DNA of 63,062 nt, filler included, from Octopus bimaculoides (GCF_001194135.2; 4 parts of 4 records of this genome joined end to end with filler, not necessarily neighbours in it); one strand, 5' to 3'. Counted from the first letter of the whole stretch, positions 35,028-50,215 are shown. The notes: a model not told the origin generated them from the letters alone. A program made the numbers and translations.

Positions 35028-37424
35028 TGTATGTATTCGAAAAATGAATGTCAGCCAACTTATTTGTTTAATAGCAAAAACAGAAAGCAAAAGTAGAGAA
35101 AAATTAGATTAACGCCGTTTCTATAAAATATACACATTCCTCTAAGAACATTGTATAATTTTGCTCACCAGCCCATACATAAATATATGTATACAGATAA
35201 GCACACTTACATATATACACACATACACACACACACACACGTACATACACATTCATATATTTAACATATAGGCGTACAACAGCTTTTAAAATACGTATTA
35301 AAAATTTTCAATTAAAAATTCTACGAAGAGTTTGTCTATACATTTTTTCATGAAACTATTTTAACTCTATTGTGAACTTAGGAATACACCAATTATGTGA
35401 AAACGTGTGATTGATAAATAGAAAGTTTATATATATATATATATNNNNNNNNNNNNNNNNNNNNNNNNNNNNNNNNNNNNNNNNNNNNNNNNNNNNNNNN
35501 NNNNNNNNNNNNNNNNNNNNNNNNNNNNNNNNNNNNNNNNNNNNNNNNNNNNNNNNNNNNNNNNNNNNNNNNNNNNNNNNNNNNNNNNNNNNNNNNNNNN
35601 NNNNNNNNNNNNNNNNNNNNNNNNNNNNNNNNNNNNNNNNNNNNNNNNNNNNNNNNNNNNNNNNNNNNNNNNNNNNNNNNNNNNNNNNNNNNNNNNNNNN
35701 NNNNNNNNNNNNNNNNNNNNNNNNNNNNNNNNNNNNNNNNNNNNNNNNNNNNNNNNNNNNNNNNNNNNNNNNNNNNNNNNNNNNNNNNNNNNNNNNNNNN
35801 NNNNNNNNNNNNNNNNNNNNNNNNNNNNNNNNNNNNNNNNNNNNNNNNNNNNNNNNNNNNNNNNNNNNNNNNNNNNNNNNNNNNNNNNNNNNNNNNNNNN
35901 NNNNNNNNNNNNNNNNNNNNNNNNNNNNNNNNNNNNNNNNNNNNNNNNNNNNNNNNNNNNNNNNNNNNNNNNNNNNNNNNNNNNNNNNNNNNNNNNNNNN
36001 NNNNNNNNNNNNNNNNNNNNNNNNNNNNNNNNNNNNNNNNNNNNNNNNNNNNNNNNNNNNNNNNNNNNNNNNNNNNNNNNNNNNNNNNNNNNNNNNNNNN
36101 NNNNNNNNNNNNNNNNNNNNNNNNNNNNNNNNNNNNNNNNNNNNNNNNNNNNNNNNNNNNNNNNNNNNNNNNNNNNNNNNNNNNNNNNNNNNNNNNNNNN
36201 NNNNNNNNNNNNNNNNNNNNNNNNNNNNNNNNNNNNNNNNNNNNNNNNNNNNNNNNNNNNNNNNNNNNNNNNNNNNNNNNNNNNNNNNNNNNNNNNNNNN
36301 NNNNNNNNNNNNNNNNNNNNNNNNNNNNNNNNNNNNNNNNNNNNNNNNNNNNNNNNNNNNNNNNNNNNNNNNNNNNNNNNNNNNNNNNNNNNNNNNNNNN
36401 NNNNNNNNNNNNNNNNNNNNNNNNNNNNNNNNNNNNNNACACACACACACACATATAGATATATATCTTCGGAACGCTTAGTTTTAGAATGGTGGCAGCT
36501 GATGAAGGAAATGTTCTCTATGGCCTGTGCGTTTTCTGTGCTTTGTTTATGTTCTGTTTTTCATTTTGTCCACGTTTTTTTTTTTGTGAAGTCCTATACC
36601 CATATATGCACCTATATATACATGTAGATGTAGGTATGTACATACATGTACGTATATATGCATATACTCACATTTTTTTTGTATTATATATACATGCATA
36701 CTTACATACGTACATACATACACACAAACACATACACACACATGAATGTGCATATGTGTGTGTCTGTGTTGTTTTCCTTGTACAATAACATTAAATTCCT
36801 TCGTATTACAAAACTCTGTCAAAAGGTCTCTTGCTCACATGACTGTACTTCAACAGAGGTTTCAGTTAGCTTTGAATGGCATGTGATGTTGTATGTGATA
36901 TCAAGAGCCTTTTACCATATATAAAGATAATGTACTTTAAAATTGATAACGTTGAGAGGTCTTTGCTGTTGCTGACCTATAGCTTCCAGTTAGCTTTAAA
37001 CGAGCACGCCTACGATGCACAGGTATAGACGACGCACCTCTCCCAGATATGTTGTAAACAATGTAATCTGTATGATGAAACTATATCGTTCCCAGTGACG
37101 CTCCATCTTTTTTCTTTCATACATATTACATCGAGAACTACGCTATCCTGATTAGTCGTCCATTTATCACGGCAAGGTAAGGTTTGAAAGATATTTTATT
37201 GCTGGCTGTAGTAGATCGAACGTTTCTTCAGAGAACTTCGATGACATGTCATTGGTAGAAATTTGAGCATGTAGTGACATGTTGAAATTAACACCGCCTT
37301 TCTTTTTATAGTTGGAATTAGATTTTATTGCTGTTATCAAGGCCACCTTCGTTAGGATGAATAAAATATTATATAAGGTGAAATAACAAGTAATATAGTG
37401 ATATTAACTATGAATATCAACAAA

Positions 37425-37675
37425 ATGGCGGTGAGCTGTCAGAATCGTTAGCACGCCGAGCAAAGTGCTTAGCGGCATTTCTTCTGTCTTCAAATACCAC
37501 AGAGGTCGACTTTGCCTTTCATCCTTTCATCCTTTGCCTTTCATCCTTTGCCTTTCATCCTTTGCCTTTCATCCTTTCATCCTTTGCCTTTCATACCAGT
37601 TGAGCATTGGGGGTCGATTCAATCGATTTACCCCCTCCCTCAAATTTCAGGCCTTGTGCCAATAATGGAAAGGGT
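37425..37675 (+). mobile_element. SINE family A with internal tandem expansion
   Basis: Normal head and tail, but ttgcctttcatcct is repeated about 5 times at 37511-37595. Confidence 0.8.
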
Positions 37676-37938
37676 TTTTGCTGTTGTGCATCTTGTTGCC
37701 GATGCTGCTTTTAAGTTGTTAACGTTGCTGTTATAGTTGTTGTTGTTGTTGTTGTTGTTGCTGTCATTAATGTTGCTGTGTTTCTTATTATCGTCTTTGT
37801 CGTTATAGCTGCCATTTTTTTATGCTGTTGTTATAGAGGAGATACAGAATGGTGATTCAAATAGACAGACCCACACACACACATACACATGCACTCACTC
37901 ACACACACACACACACACACACTCACACGCACACACAC

Positions 37939-37972
<34 letters not shown>

Positions 37973-38059
37973 ACACACACTCACACACACACACACTCAC
38001 TCACACACACCTGTGCATATGCACATAAACACGCGCGCGCACATATATACAAACGCATG

Positions 38060-38148
<89 letters not shown>

Positions 38149-38769
38149 TCGCGCACACATACGTATACACTTTCACAGACAAGCGCAAGCAAACACACAC
38201 GCGAGCGCACAAACACACGTATACACCGGCACAAACAGGCGTAAGCACACGCGCATATTCCACGCTTTCAGTCACAGATACGCAAGTTTTGAATTAGCGA
38301 TTCTTAATGTTGACAAAATCCTCAAACAGGCCAATAAGACAAACACAACGAGGGACTTCATTGCAATTAAACGCATCCATATTACTTTCAAGGATAACAG
38401 AGAAAAAATAAAACTTAGAGAAAAATTTTAACCGAAGCAAACATTGTAACTAAAGATGATTTTCACATGATCCTCCGGCCTTTTTTCATGGTGTGTGTAT
38501 GCGAGGTGGGGGAAAATAAGGAATCAATTAAATGGCTGCTGTATGGAATGGGCTATGTGGGTGATAAATTATAAATTCTCTTGGTAGTCACATGCTTCTA
38601 GGCTCGATCCCAAATGCAGTGGCATATTCGTTAGGTGTCTTTTTATGGATAATCTCAGTCGACTGAAGTTGTTATTTAACACACGGTATTACATATGTGA
38701 AGCCCTATTGCAATGCATTCTCTCTGTAATATTTCATCTCAGCCATATTTCATATCAGCCGATATTGAT

Positions 38770-38993
38770 TTCAAATGTTTCAAATTTTGGCACAAGGCCA
38801 GCAAGTTCGCGGAGTGGAGAGGTTGAATCGATTACATCGACCCCAGTGTTCCACTGCTACTTATTTTTACGACCTCGTAAGGATTAAAAGGTAAAGTCAA
38901 CCTCGGCGGAATTTGAACTCAAAACGTAAAGACGAACAAAATGCCGCTAAGCATTTTTCTCGGCGTGCTACCGATTCTGCCAGCTCGCCGCCT
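38770..38993 (-). mobile_element. SINE family A
   Basis: Reverse consensus ending gccagctcgccgcc. Confidence 0.85.
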
Positions 38994-39074
38994 TTTTGTT
39001 GATATTCATAGTTAATATCACTATAATCCTTGTTATTTAACTTTATATAATATTTTATTTATTGTAAAAAAAAA

Positions 39075-39225
39075 AAGGTGGCGATCTAACAGAATCGTTA
39101 TCGCACCGAACAAACTGCTTAGCAGCATGTGTTCCCGTTTTGAGTTCAAATTTCGCCGAGGTCGACTTTGCTTTTAACCTTTCGGGGTCGATAAAATAAG
39201 TACCATTTGATTACTGGGGTCGATA
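39075..39225 (+). mobile_element. SINE family A (truncated)
   Basis: gagttcaaatttcgccgaggtcgactttgc...ggggtcgataaaataagtacc. Confidence 0.75.
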
Positions 39226-39799
39226 TATATGTATACATATGTGAGTGTGCGTGCGTGCACGCGTGAGTATTTGTATATATAAGTCCTTCAGTTTACGCGA
39301 CTCTCGGTGCGATTTCACATTTTGCACGTTTGAGGTTCAATCATTTTTTTTTCCTCTTTAGCACACAATGCTATCGTGTGCTAAAGCGTTCGATTCGGCT
39401 TTTCATTTTCCCTTCTATTTAATTTTAATTTCCATAGTGAGGTCAGTTACTCTGTAACCTAAAGCTTAAGTAATAATTAGAAATAAAAATACTTTGTTAA
39501 TTACTTTCTAGATTGAAAATAATGTTGCTTCGAACGTCAAGAAAATCAATTTCTGTTGAAGTCGTTATTAATATGCTGAATCAATTTCAAAACCGAATGG
39601 AAATGGTTCAACAGAAGCTATAAAACACTTTAATACAGTCGTAGAATACGTGAGAACAATTAAAGAAATAGAGAATAGAACCAGAGGCAATTCACTTGCT
39701 GGATGTTAAATGCTTTAATGCACACATCATATAAATATAGTAATATTATGGAAACGATAAAATACAATATTGCCACAAAACAAATATGTGTGTGTGCGT

Positions 39800-39850
<51 letters not shown>

Positions 39851-39950
39851 NNNNNNNNNNNNNNNNNNNNNNNNNNNNNNNNNNNNNNNNNNNNTTAATT
39901 AATTAANNNNNNNNNNNNNNNNNNNNNNNNNNNNNNNNNNNNNNNNNNNN
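39851..39950. other. Artificial linker N44-TTAATTAATTAA-N44
   Basis: Same pattern as 23984. Confidence 0.9.
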
Positions 39951-39988
<38 letters not shown>

Positions 39989-40796
39989 GACGCCATAGGA
40001 ATTTATAAATATTCGAGAAATCGTGGAATAATTCTGTTTTCGGAGATGGTTCTTGTAAGATATATATAAAGCTATAAATAGTAGCATGTGGGTATTGGGT
40101 TGAAAAAATCTTTTGGATAGAACAACTCTAAGGCTACACATGGGACTCGAACCCACAACTTCTATAGACGGGACTGGCGTCCTATCATTGTACCAAAGCA
40201 AGCCTTAGATTCAACAGTATATTCATCCAGTCACATTTTCTTTCTCTTATTTTAATACAAAGATTTAGAATACCACAGAATACGTGCAGTTTGGAAACAC
40301 CGTGGACTGATAAAGGGCCAAATTTGTAGCTGGAACAACTTAGAAATTTTTCCAAGGTATTTGCAAAAATATTCAGTGATTTACGAAAAAATAAACAGAA
40401 ATAACACTGAGTAGGGTGAGAAATTTTTAATATCGAATAAAATAAAAGCTACACAAACAGAAAATGCGTATACTGCTTGTGTATAATATAGAAAACCTTA
40501 ATAGAAACATTCTTGCACCTTAAAAGAATTGATGTAGATAAGACTGATGTAGTTGTAAAAATCAATTTCTAATAAACAAGTAATACGTGAAGACTGTGGG
40601 GGATAAAAACGGGTGTCTGAGCCTGGTATCAATTCACTTGTGTCTTCTAGAAATATGAATGACACATGACACGAGCATAGCTTAATACATTTATATAACG
40701 TTCGCTTAGTGTGACCAATCGACAAAGTCGTTGGAACGTTGGGTAAAATGTTTTGCAGTATTTACTCCGACTCTCTTCGTCCTGAGTTAAAGCACA

Positions 40797-40895
<99 letters not shown>

Positions 40896-40949
40896 ATAAT
40901 AAACAAAACTGTGATATCATAGGTGCGAGAGCATAGGAGGAACCTAGGT

Positions 40950-41215
40950 ACAATGAGGCTAGACTACAAGAAAGCCTTTGACTCTGTTCCCTTCAACTTG
41001 CTAAAGTTCCAATGAGAATAATCAGAGCCATAACTGGCCTGACTTCATCGTGGTCCACCATCTTGATATTGAACACAAAGAGTGACTGTATTGTCACCGA
41101 TAGAATACAATATCGCAAAGGCATATTCCAAGGAAACAGCCTCTCTGTGATGTTGTTTATACTTTCTGTAAACCCCTTGTCATTCGTGTTAAGGAAGTCT
41201 GAAGGATATCTCACT
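40950..41215 (+). mobile_element. R4/Dong-like (REL-type) non-LTR retrotransposon RT fragment
   Basis: LDYKKAFDSVP...WSTIL...IQYRKGIFQGNSLSVMLFILSVNPLSFVLRKSEGY; the GIFQGDSLS/PLS pattern is typical of the R4/Dong clade. Confidence 0.7.
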
Positions 41216-41402
41216 GGTTCACAAGGAAACCAAATAAAATATTTGTATATGTACTTGTGTGTCACATAGCTAGCTAAAGGCGGTGGCCTCTTGAAGCTAA
41301 TCAACGGCAGCATTCGTCCTATTTTTCTGAACTGCCATGTTAGCTTGGCGATAACTATTAATACCCAGTGCTACTGTTGTAGTGCCCTTTAGAGAGATTT
41401 AG

Positions 41403-41440
<38 letters not shown>

Positions 41441-42741
41441 GCAACAACAACAGCAACAACAACAACAATAATAATAATAATTATAATAATAATATATATG
41501 CATGCATGCACATACATGTGTATATCAACAAGTACAGACGCATACACACACAAACACACACGCGTACACGCGCACATACACCTATAGTTATGTATAAACT
41601 TTCATACATGTATTTAGCACACACACGCGCACGCATTTGCATGTATATTAATATAGACGTGTCCGTGCACGCTTGTCTGCGTGTGAGTAAATGTACACAC
41701 ACACACACACATGCACGCATACATATATATACATGCAGTCATACACATAACGATGCAACTACTGCACACATGAATATTTGAAAAAAAAAAAGCAAGAAAG
41801 AATACAACAGCCAAGAAGAGTTGCTTAGCTTTGCAGCCGAGTCGGTGTGAAAGAGGCCATCTGCTCACAACTTAACAAGAGATGTCACGAGGACAATTCT
41901 TGACTTCTTCTTCTCTGTTAACATGAAGAAACAAAGAAGGAAAGAGAGAGAGAGAGAGAGAGACAAAGAGAGAGATTGGTACACAAAAAAATAAGCAAAT
42001 TATAAAAACTCTTTGATCAATAAGCGGTATTACTTACTGGCGGCTTTGTTGGTTTTTTAGTGATTTTTTATTGTTATTGTGTTGACTTCCATTGCATTAC
42101 TGTTCATTCTCTTCCAATTTTGTACTCGCCCCACTCACCTCCCGCCATCCCTGCCCACCACAGATAAACCCACTGAAAAATTGTTTCAGTTTATTTTTCT
42201 TAGATATTTCAGGAATGTTCTTTATTTTCGGTTTGAAGATATGAAAAAATCTTGTATTCATACAAGTATATTTGTGTGTGTGTATGTGTTAGGAGTGCAT
42301 ATANNNNNNNNNNNNNNNNNNNNNNNNNNNNNNNNNNNNNNNNNNNNNNNNNNNNNNNNNNNNNNNNNNNNNNNNNNNNNNNNNNNNNNNNNNNNNNNNN
42401 NNNNNNNNNNNNNNNNNNNNNNNNNNNNNNNNNNNNNNNNNNNNNNNNNNNNNNNNNNNNNNNNNNNNNNNNNNNNNNNNNNNNNNNNNNNNNNNNNNNN
42501 NNNNNNNNNNNNNNNNNNNNNNNNNNNNNNNNNNNNNNNNNNNNNNNNNNNNNNNNNNNNNNNNNNNNNNNNNNNNNNNNNNNNNNNNNNNNNNNNNNNN
42601 NNNNNNNNNNNNNNNNNNNNNNNNNNNNNNNNNNNNNNNNNNNNNNNNNNNNNNNNNNNNNNNNNNNNNNNNNNNNNNNNNNNNNNNNNNNNNNNNNNNN
42701 NNNNNATGTATGTATGCATATCAATATATATTTTCATACAT

Positions 42742-42792
<51 letters not shown>

Positions 42793-42966
42793 TGTGTACA
42801 CATACGTCATTTTGAATCGGCAGAGTTTACAGGGTGACTCAAGGGTCGAGAGTTTCGTCCCTTATTGTATGTATGCGTGACCGCATGCATGTGTGTGCCT
42901 GAGTGTGAGCGTGCGTATGCATATATATATANNNNNNNNNNTGCCTGAGTGTGAGCGTGCGTATGC

Positions 42967-43001
<35 letters not shown>

Positions 43002-43004
43002 TAT

Positions 43005-43044
<40 letters not shown>

Positions 43045-43211
43045 GTGTATGTGTGTGTACGTACATAAATATATGCATAAGTGTACGCATGTATGTATAT
43101 TCGTATATACACATACTTATAACGTGCATATTACAAATGCACACACAAATATACATAACCATATATATATGAGTACACATACAAACACACACACAAACAC
43201 ACACACACACA

Positions 43212-43247
<36 letters not shown>

Positions 43248-44541
43248 CATACAAACATACATATGCATATATACATGTTTGTGTTTGTGTATATATGCAT
43301 GTATGTATGTATGTAGTTTGGTATCGCTACATAAATATGAATATATTTACGCAGAGAAGGGACAAAGATTGATATATAATCTTATATATATTTTTTTTTA
43401 TATGTTTGTTTGTTTTTCTTGAATATATGCGAAAAAAATCATTCTGGCATTTTGCCGTGCACCATGTTATTTATTCCATTTTTGGTCTTGTTTTGTTTTT
43501 GTTTGTTTTCTACCAACGTTCATCAAGTGTCGCAGAGTTCCATAAGCATTTGGATATGTATTTATATCTTTAAATTCTATCAAAAGTATATTTTATGCAA
43601 CGTGATGTTGTTGTCGATGGATGAAGAAGCAGAAGAAGGAGAAGGAGGAGAATTAGGAGGAAGAAGTGGATGAGGAGAGACTGAAGATAGATAATAAAAG
43701 CCAAGAGATATAAATGTATGAAAAGATTTATATGGCGGTTGGTGGGGAGACAACGGAAACATAACGGAAGACAACGGAAATAATATAAAAGAATCAAACA
43801 ACACAGAAAAGAAGACATAATATTCTAAGAAATTTTAAAGAATTTACACACTTGAAGATAAAGAAAAAGAAAAGAAAAACATTATTTATAGAAGCTGTGA
43901 TGTTTTCTTCAAAATATATTTCAAATATTTGCTATATTTCAGACGATAATGGTTACAAAATTGTTTGATTTTATAAGAACTTGTACAATATCATATCAAT
44001 ATACCATAGACTTTTCAATTCCATATTAAGTCATATAAGATTTAGTAGTCTCTTGCCAAACGGCTTCCTTTTAAAATGTGTGATGTGAATAAAATTTAAA
44101 TCACTTTGGGTGGTAAATGAAGATGAAGTAATTGGTTAATTCCGGTTTTATATTCATTCATGGTTAACTTTCAAAACTTGGATTCCATGCGAAAATAAGC
44201 GCAAAGAATTACCATTATGCTCTCTACTCTTCCCAACTGGAATCTTGGTGTATTGCTAAATGTATCGGCAGATACATACATGCATACATCTATCTATCTA
44301 TGTAGATATGTACATATATTTAAGCATATATATATATATATANNNNNNNNNNNNNNNNNNNNNNNNNNNNNNNNNNNNNNNNNNNNNNNNNNNNNNNNNN
44401 NNNNNNNNNNNNNNNNNNNNNNNNNNNNNNNNNNNNNNNNNNNNNNNNNNNNNNNNNNNNNNNNNNNNNNNNNNNNNNNNNNNNNNNNNNNNNNNNNNNN
44501 NNNNNNNNNNNNNNNNNNNNNNNNNNNNNNNNNNNNNNNNN

Positions 44542-44619
<78 letters not shown>

Positions 44620-45189
44620 ATAGATATGCATATACATATATATGTATATACATATATGTTTGTATATATGTGTATATATCTGTGTGTGTATGTGTGTGTG
44701 TATGTGTGTGTGTGTGTGTGTGTATACACACACACTACCATACATGTATTTACACGGAGCTAGCGATATTACTTTTAATCCATTATTTACAATCGTTTCA
44801 CGAATTCACATTTTAACCAATGTTGTGCCATACTCATTAACATGTCAATAACTATTGATTCCATCTTATGCACTGTATAAATGGAAATCCGCAGCGCATG
44901 CGCAAATGGATTCCTCAGAACATCGCTAAAAGCAAAATGTCGGTCAATTTGGCGATTGCACTAATAAGTATGCTCATGATCTTTCTACTCATCTTATTCA
45001 TTCAAGACAAAGATAGGACGAAATGAAACAAAAAGAAGCAGTGTAATTTGACAAGGTAATGAGCTCCGTTCACGTTGATATCGACGTATTAGCACACAAA
45101 TGTTGGATCATCTGAGCGGCCTATTCTTTCATTTAACGTGCGAAGTCGTCCAATATTCGACAGACGTGTACACTCGATGGACTATGGTC

Positions 45190-45345
45190 ATGGTCGGGCA
45201 CCGACTTGAAAGGGTTTAGTCGAACAAATTGCCACCACTATTCATTTTTAAGCCTGGTATTTATTCTGTCTCCTCTTTTGCCGAGCCGCTAAGTTACAGA
45301 AGCGTAAGCAAACCATCTCCGGTTGTCAAGTATCATGTAGTAGTA
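45190..45345 (-). mobile_element. SINE family B 3' half
   Basis: cttttgccgagccgctaagttac...ggttgtcaag reverse match. Confidence 0.6.
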
Positions 45346-45504
45346 GAAGATAAATGCTGCGCGAACACAAAGCGAATGCACATAGATATACATACATGCA
45401 CACATATAAAAATACATTCTCATTTGTGTGTGTGCGTGCGCGCGCGCGTGTGAGGTTGGTTGGTTGGTTGTGTATGTAGGTGTGTGCATGTATGTATGTA
45501 TGTA

Positions 45505-45580
<76 letters not shown>

Positions 45581-46022
45581 NNNNNNNNNNNNNNNNNNNN
45601 NNNNNNNNNNNNNNNNNNNNNNNNNNNNNNNNNNNNNNNNNNNNNNNNNNNNNNNNNNNNNNNNNNNNNNNNNNNNNNNNNNNNNNNNNNNNNNNNNNNN
45701 NNNNNNNNNNNNNNNNNNNNNNNNNNNNNNNNNNNNNNNNNNNNNNNNNNNNNNNNNNNNNNNNNNNNNNNNNNNNNNNNNNNNNNNNNNNNNNNNNNNN
45801 NNNNNNNNNNNNNNNNNNNNNNNNNNNNNNNNNNNNNNNNNNNNNNNNNNNNNNNNNNNNNNNNNNNNNNNNNNNNNNNNNNNNNNNNNNNNNNNNNNNN
45901 NNNNNNNNNNNNNNNNNNNNNNNNNNNNNNNNNNNNNNNNNNNNNNNNNNNNNNNNNNNNNNNNNNNNNNNNNNNNNNNNNNNNNNNNNNNNNNNNNNNN
46001 NNNNNNNNNNNNNNNNNNNNNN

Positions 46023-46064
<42 letters not shown>

Positions 46065-46094
46065 GTACGCGCGACAGCTTTTAATTTTCCTCCC

Positions 46095-46200
46095 CCAAAT
46101 CCACCCACATGGCTTTGGTTAGCTTGGGCCAATAGCAGAAGACACTTGCCCAAATTGCCGCACAGTGGTACATGTTTGGGAGGCAAGTTTCTTAACGACA
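46095..46200 (-). mobile_element. SINE family B 5' half (decayed)
   Basis: aaatccacccac..ggctttggt...gaagacacttgcccaa.ttgccgcacagtgg. Confidence 0.55.
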
Positions 46201-46921
46201 CAAACACGTCAAGGGAGGCTTATCATTAATAGCTCTCCGTGCATGACCATTCCATCTTTTTCTGCCAGTGTAGGACGTCAGTATTTTCTAAATATGTCCT
46301 TTCTTTCACCAATCTGGTTCGATATAATTTAAGTGAAATTAGGTTATTATTTCTGGTAAATCGCTCGATCTTGTAGACTTTACTTCGATGTGTGCATTTT
46401 CTATAAATTATATTCAACACCAATGTTATCAATTTTCTAATCAAAGACGGATTAAAAACAAATTATTTAATAGGCTAATCGATAGTCTTGGGACTGATTG
46501 AAAACGAATTAGTTTCGTGTATATTTTCTAGATTATTTTACCAAAACATGTACACAGTAAATAAGCGTATCTTCAGATTAAATCTCTCTATCGATTTATC
46601 TATCTATCTAGCTAGCTATCTACCTACCTACCTACGCACGCGCGCACACACACACACATACACTCTTCACGCATACATACATATTTCATTCCCTAGTTTT
46701 GGGATGTTTATTCGCATATTCAACAGTTCCTGTTGTTAACCATGAACTATATAATTAACTTTCTTCAGTTTATTGTACTCCGATACGGGAAAAATTCACA
46801 ACCTTCCGCTCCAATAAACCACTATTGTTCCTGAAACTTGTGTCCTTTTTTATATAATCTACGGATTACTTGAAGCTCACTAACTTCCTATACTTTGATC
46901 CTTGGATGTTACCTTTAAACG

Positions 46922-46967
<46 letters not shown>

Positions 46968-47000
46968 TATATTTGTCTCAAAATATTTATTACTCATTAA

Positions 47001-47310
47001 GGCGGCGAGCTGGCAGAAACGTTTGCACGCCGGACGAAATACTTAGCGATATTTCGTCTGTCTTTACGTTCCGATTTCAAATTCCGCCGAGGTCGACTTT
47101 GCCTTTCATCCTTTCGGGGTCGATAAATTAAGTACCAGTTGCGTACTGGAGTCGATCTAATCGACTGGCTCCCTTCCCAAAAATTTCGGGCCTTGTGCCT
47201 AGAGAAGAAAAGATTCTTATATGGTCGGTAAAATAACTAGCAGTTGAGCTCTGGGGTCGATGTAATCGACTTATCTTCATCTCTGAAATTGCTAGCCTAG
47301 TGCCAAAATG
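47001..47310 (+). mobile_element. SINE family A full copy plus partial second 3' half
   Basis: ggcggcgagctggcagaaacg...gcctttcatcctttcggggtcgataaattaagtacc; second ggggtcgatgtaatcgactt at about 47253. Confidence 0.85.
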
Positions 47311-47664
47311 TGAAACTAGTATATTTATCACTTATTAATCAATCTAGCTATCCACCTGATTAATAATCAGTCTTGCCAGCTATCTAACTATACCCTCCCA
47401 CCACCACCACTGCAATGTGTCTATTTGTCTGTCTTTTAGTCTTTCTGTCTGCTTGTTTGATGAAATGTTTGTTTGCTTACTGACACAGAGTTCACATATC
47501 AATTATCTCACGTGCCCTTTTAATTTCTCATCAGTAAATATAATTAATTCCTCTTCCATATTTTATTTTCATGGATGGAAAAGGAAAAATACATTACGTG
47601 AAAGTATGTGTAGATATGGATACATACAAACATGCACACACACATACATACATACATACATACA

Positions 47665-47765
<101 letters not shown>

Positions 47766-48394
47766 ACACACACAAATAGACAAATAGGTGCCACGTAGGT
47801 AGAGAGATAGACAGATAGATACATGTGTGTGCGTATGCGTGCGTGTGTATGTGTATGTTATGTGTGTAGCACTCAGTTTTATTCATCTCTGTTGTACAAA
47901 GATAGCTACATGTGTTTGCTGAGAGAATTACTTTTTCTGCCATACTTATTTTACACTTTCTTTTCTCATATATCAGCATGTGCGTATGTGTGTGCGTACC
48001 CGTTTTTGTGTGTGTGTGTGTGTGTTTGTGTGTGTGTGCGTGTGTGTGTGTGTGTACGCGCGTGCACGTGCATGTATGCAATGTAATTTACTTACACCAT
48101 TGCAATATGTGTAAATGAGAGGTTTGCGAAGAACGAACAATACAACCCGCTGAAGAAGGTAACATGTTTCATCATACGTCTGCTTTATGAAGACTGACTA
48201 ACAACAACAAGTACAGCAACAGCAACAGTATACCTTTATGGAAACAACAATAACAGCACACATTTATGTCAAAGGGCATCCTTCCAATAAGTGTGTACCT
48301 AAAAGTAGAGTGGTGGGGATTCGGGCATTCCCCTTCAACATTTGGGCTTTCTGCAGGCCCAGACGCAAAACTGAATATTCATACGTACCTGAGC

Positions 48395-48481
<87 letters not shown>

Positions 48482-48833
48482 CGTTCGCGTGTGCGTGCGT
48501 TCGCGTGTGCGTGCGTGTGTGTAACTAGCATATATAAATGTGTAGCGACAGATATATTGTTACAATGTAAGCATTTAAGTATACACCTATTCTGTTCTGG
48601 TATTAAATAGCTCAATTAACCTCCACAGTTGCACCCACTGGGAACCTAAGAAACTGCATATCACAGGCAATATCTTGTTAATTTGCCTGACGTTACAGTA
48701 TTGTGTAGCTTATTATCAAAAGAATTAACTGAACCATTTATTTTTAGCGGTATTGTGACTGCTCCAATTTACTTGAACTTGTTGCAACAATCTGCCAGAC
48801 CAAGTATTCAAGAGGACTTTGAAGATATGGGAC

Positions 48834-49085
48834 CTACCTAAATGAAATTTTGCCAAACAAGTGGATTGGACGAAGAGATCCAGCATAAAACCCTTCGTTT
48901 TCACCGGTCTTCAAACTACTGAGCAGTTTTGTAGGGTTGTATAAAATATAAAGTTTGCAGTACAAAACCGACAAGAATCGATTAACTGAAGGCAGCCATT
49001 GAACGAAAATATCGAACAAAGTGTTTTTGATCCCGTTGCCACGCGTTACCAGTGCCTGGAAAAGAACGGTCATCAGTCTGGAAAC
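48834..49085 (+). mobile_element. Tc1/mariner (DD37D-like) transposase C-terminal remnant
   Basis: [14 protein letters not shown]... and IEQSVFDPVATRYQCLEKNGHQ resemble the ends of these transposases; frameshifted. Confidence 0.55.
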
Positions 49086-49654
49086 AAGTGTTCAGAAAAA
49101 AAATTAGATTCTGTCTGAAAATTCTTTTAAATTTTGAAAATGAAATGTATTAAAAAATCATGTATTAAGAGAGAGGGAGGAAGAGGGGAAGAGAAAGAAT
49201 GAGAGAGAATGTAAAAGGGAGAGTGTGGAGCAGAATTTGAAGAGGTAGAAGTGGTAGACATGGTGGTGGGAAGAGGTGAAAATAGAATGGAAGTGGTTGA
49301 TAACAATTGAAGTCAGTTTATTTATTGAATTTTTTTTTGTTTTAAATTTTAGTTTTTTTTATTTATTGAATTTTTTTTGTTTTAAATTTTAGTTTTTTTT
49401 TTTATTTATTGAAATTGTTTGCGTAATATAAATGAAGCGGGAGCGGGTAGCTTAGGTTTCACGTGAGAAAATAAGTCATCATCCATACATTCACACCTGT
49501 TGTCTACCTGAAGCAGGAAACAATAATTACAATAAGAAACAACAGCAACAACCATAGCAACTGAACGAAAAATTAAGATATACTGAAATAGAGACACTAA
49601 ACAGCAACAGCAACAATAACAACAACATTAATAACTACTACTACAACAACAACA

Positions 49655-49706
<52 letters not shown>

Positions 49707-50017
49707 TTCATAACAAAAAGATCAAAACTAGAAATAACAGCGTATGTGTGTGAGTGTACATTAGATTGGACTCGATTGCCCATGTTTTCTCCACTGCAGG
49801 ACAAAGGCCTCAGCACGTTCTCTACACCAAGCACTGTCTGATGTGGAGGCCTCGAATTGGAACTTCGGATCATACTGGTTTAATGAGCCTACTCTGATAA
49901 ACTGGCTCGACATAGCTTGGCAGAGGGGTACAGTTTTTTTTTTACTCATACTCAGAATGTAAGAACGGGCAAAATACCGCTAAGCATTTCTCCAGGTGTA
50001 CTAACGATTCTGCCAGC

Positions 50018-50073
<56 letters not shown>

Positions 50074-50215
50074 AGATAGATAAGTAGATATATAGATAGA
50101 TAGATAGATAGATAGATAGAAAGATAGATAGATAGANNNNNNNNNNGTGTGTGTGTGTGTGTGTGTAGATAGATAAGTAGATATATAGATAGATAGATAG
50201 ATAGATAGATAGGCA

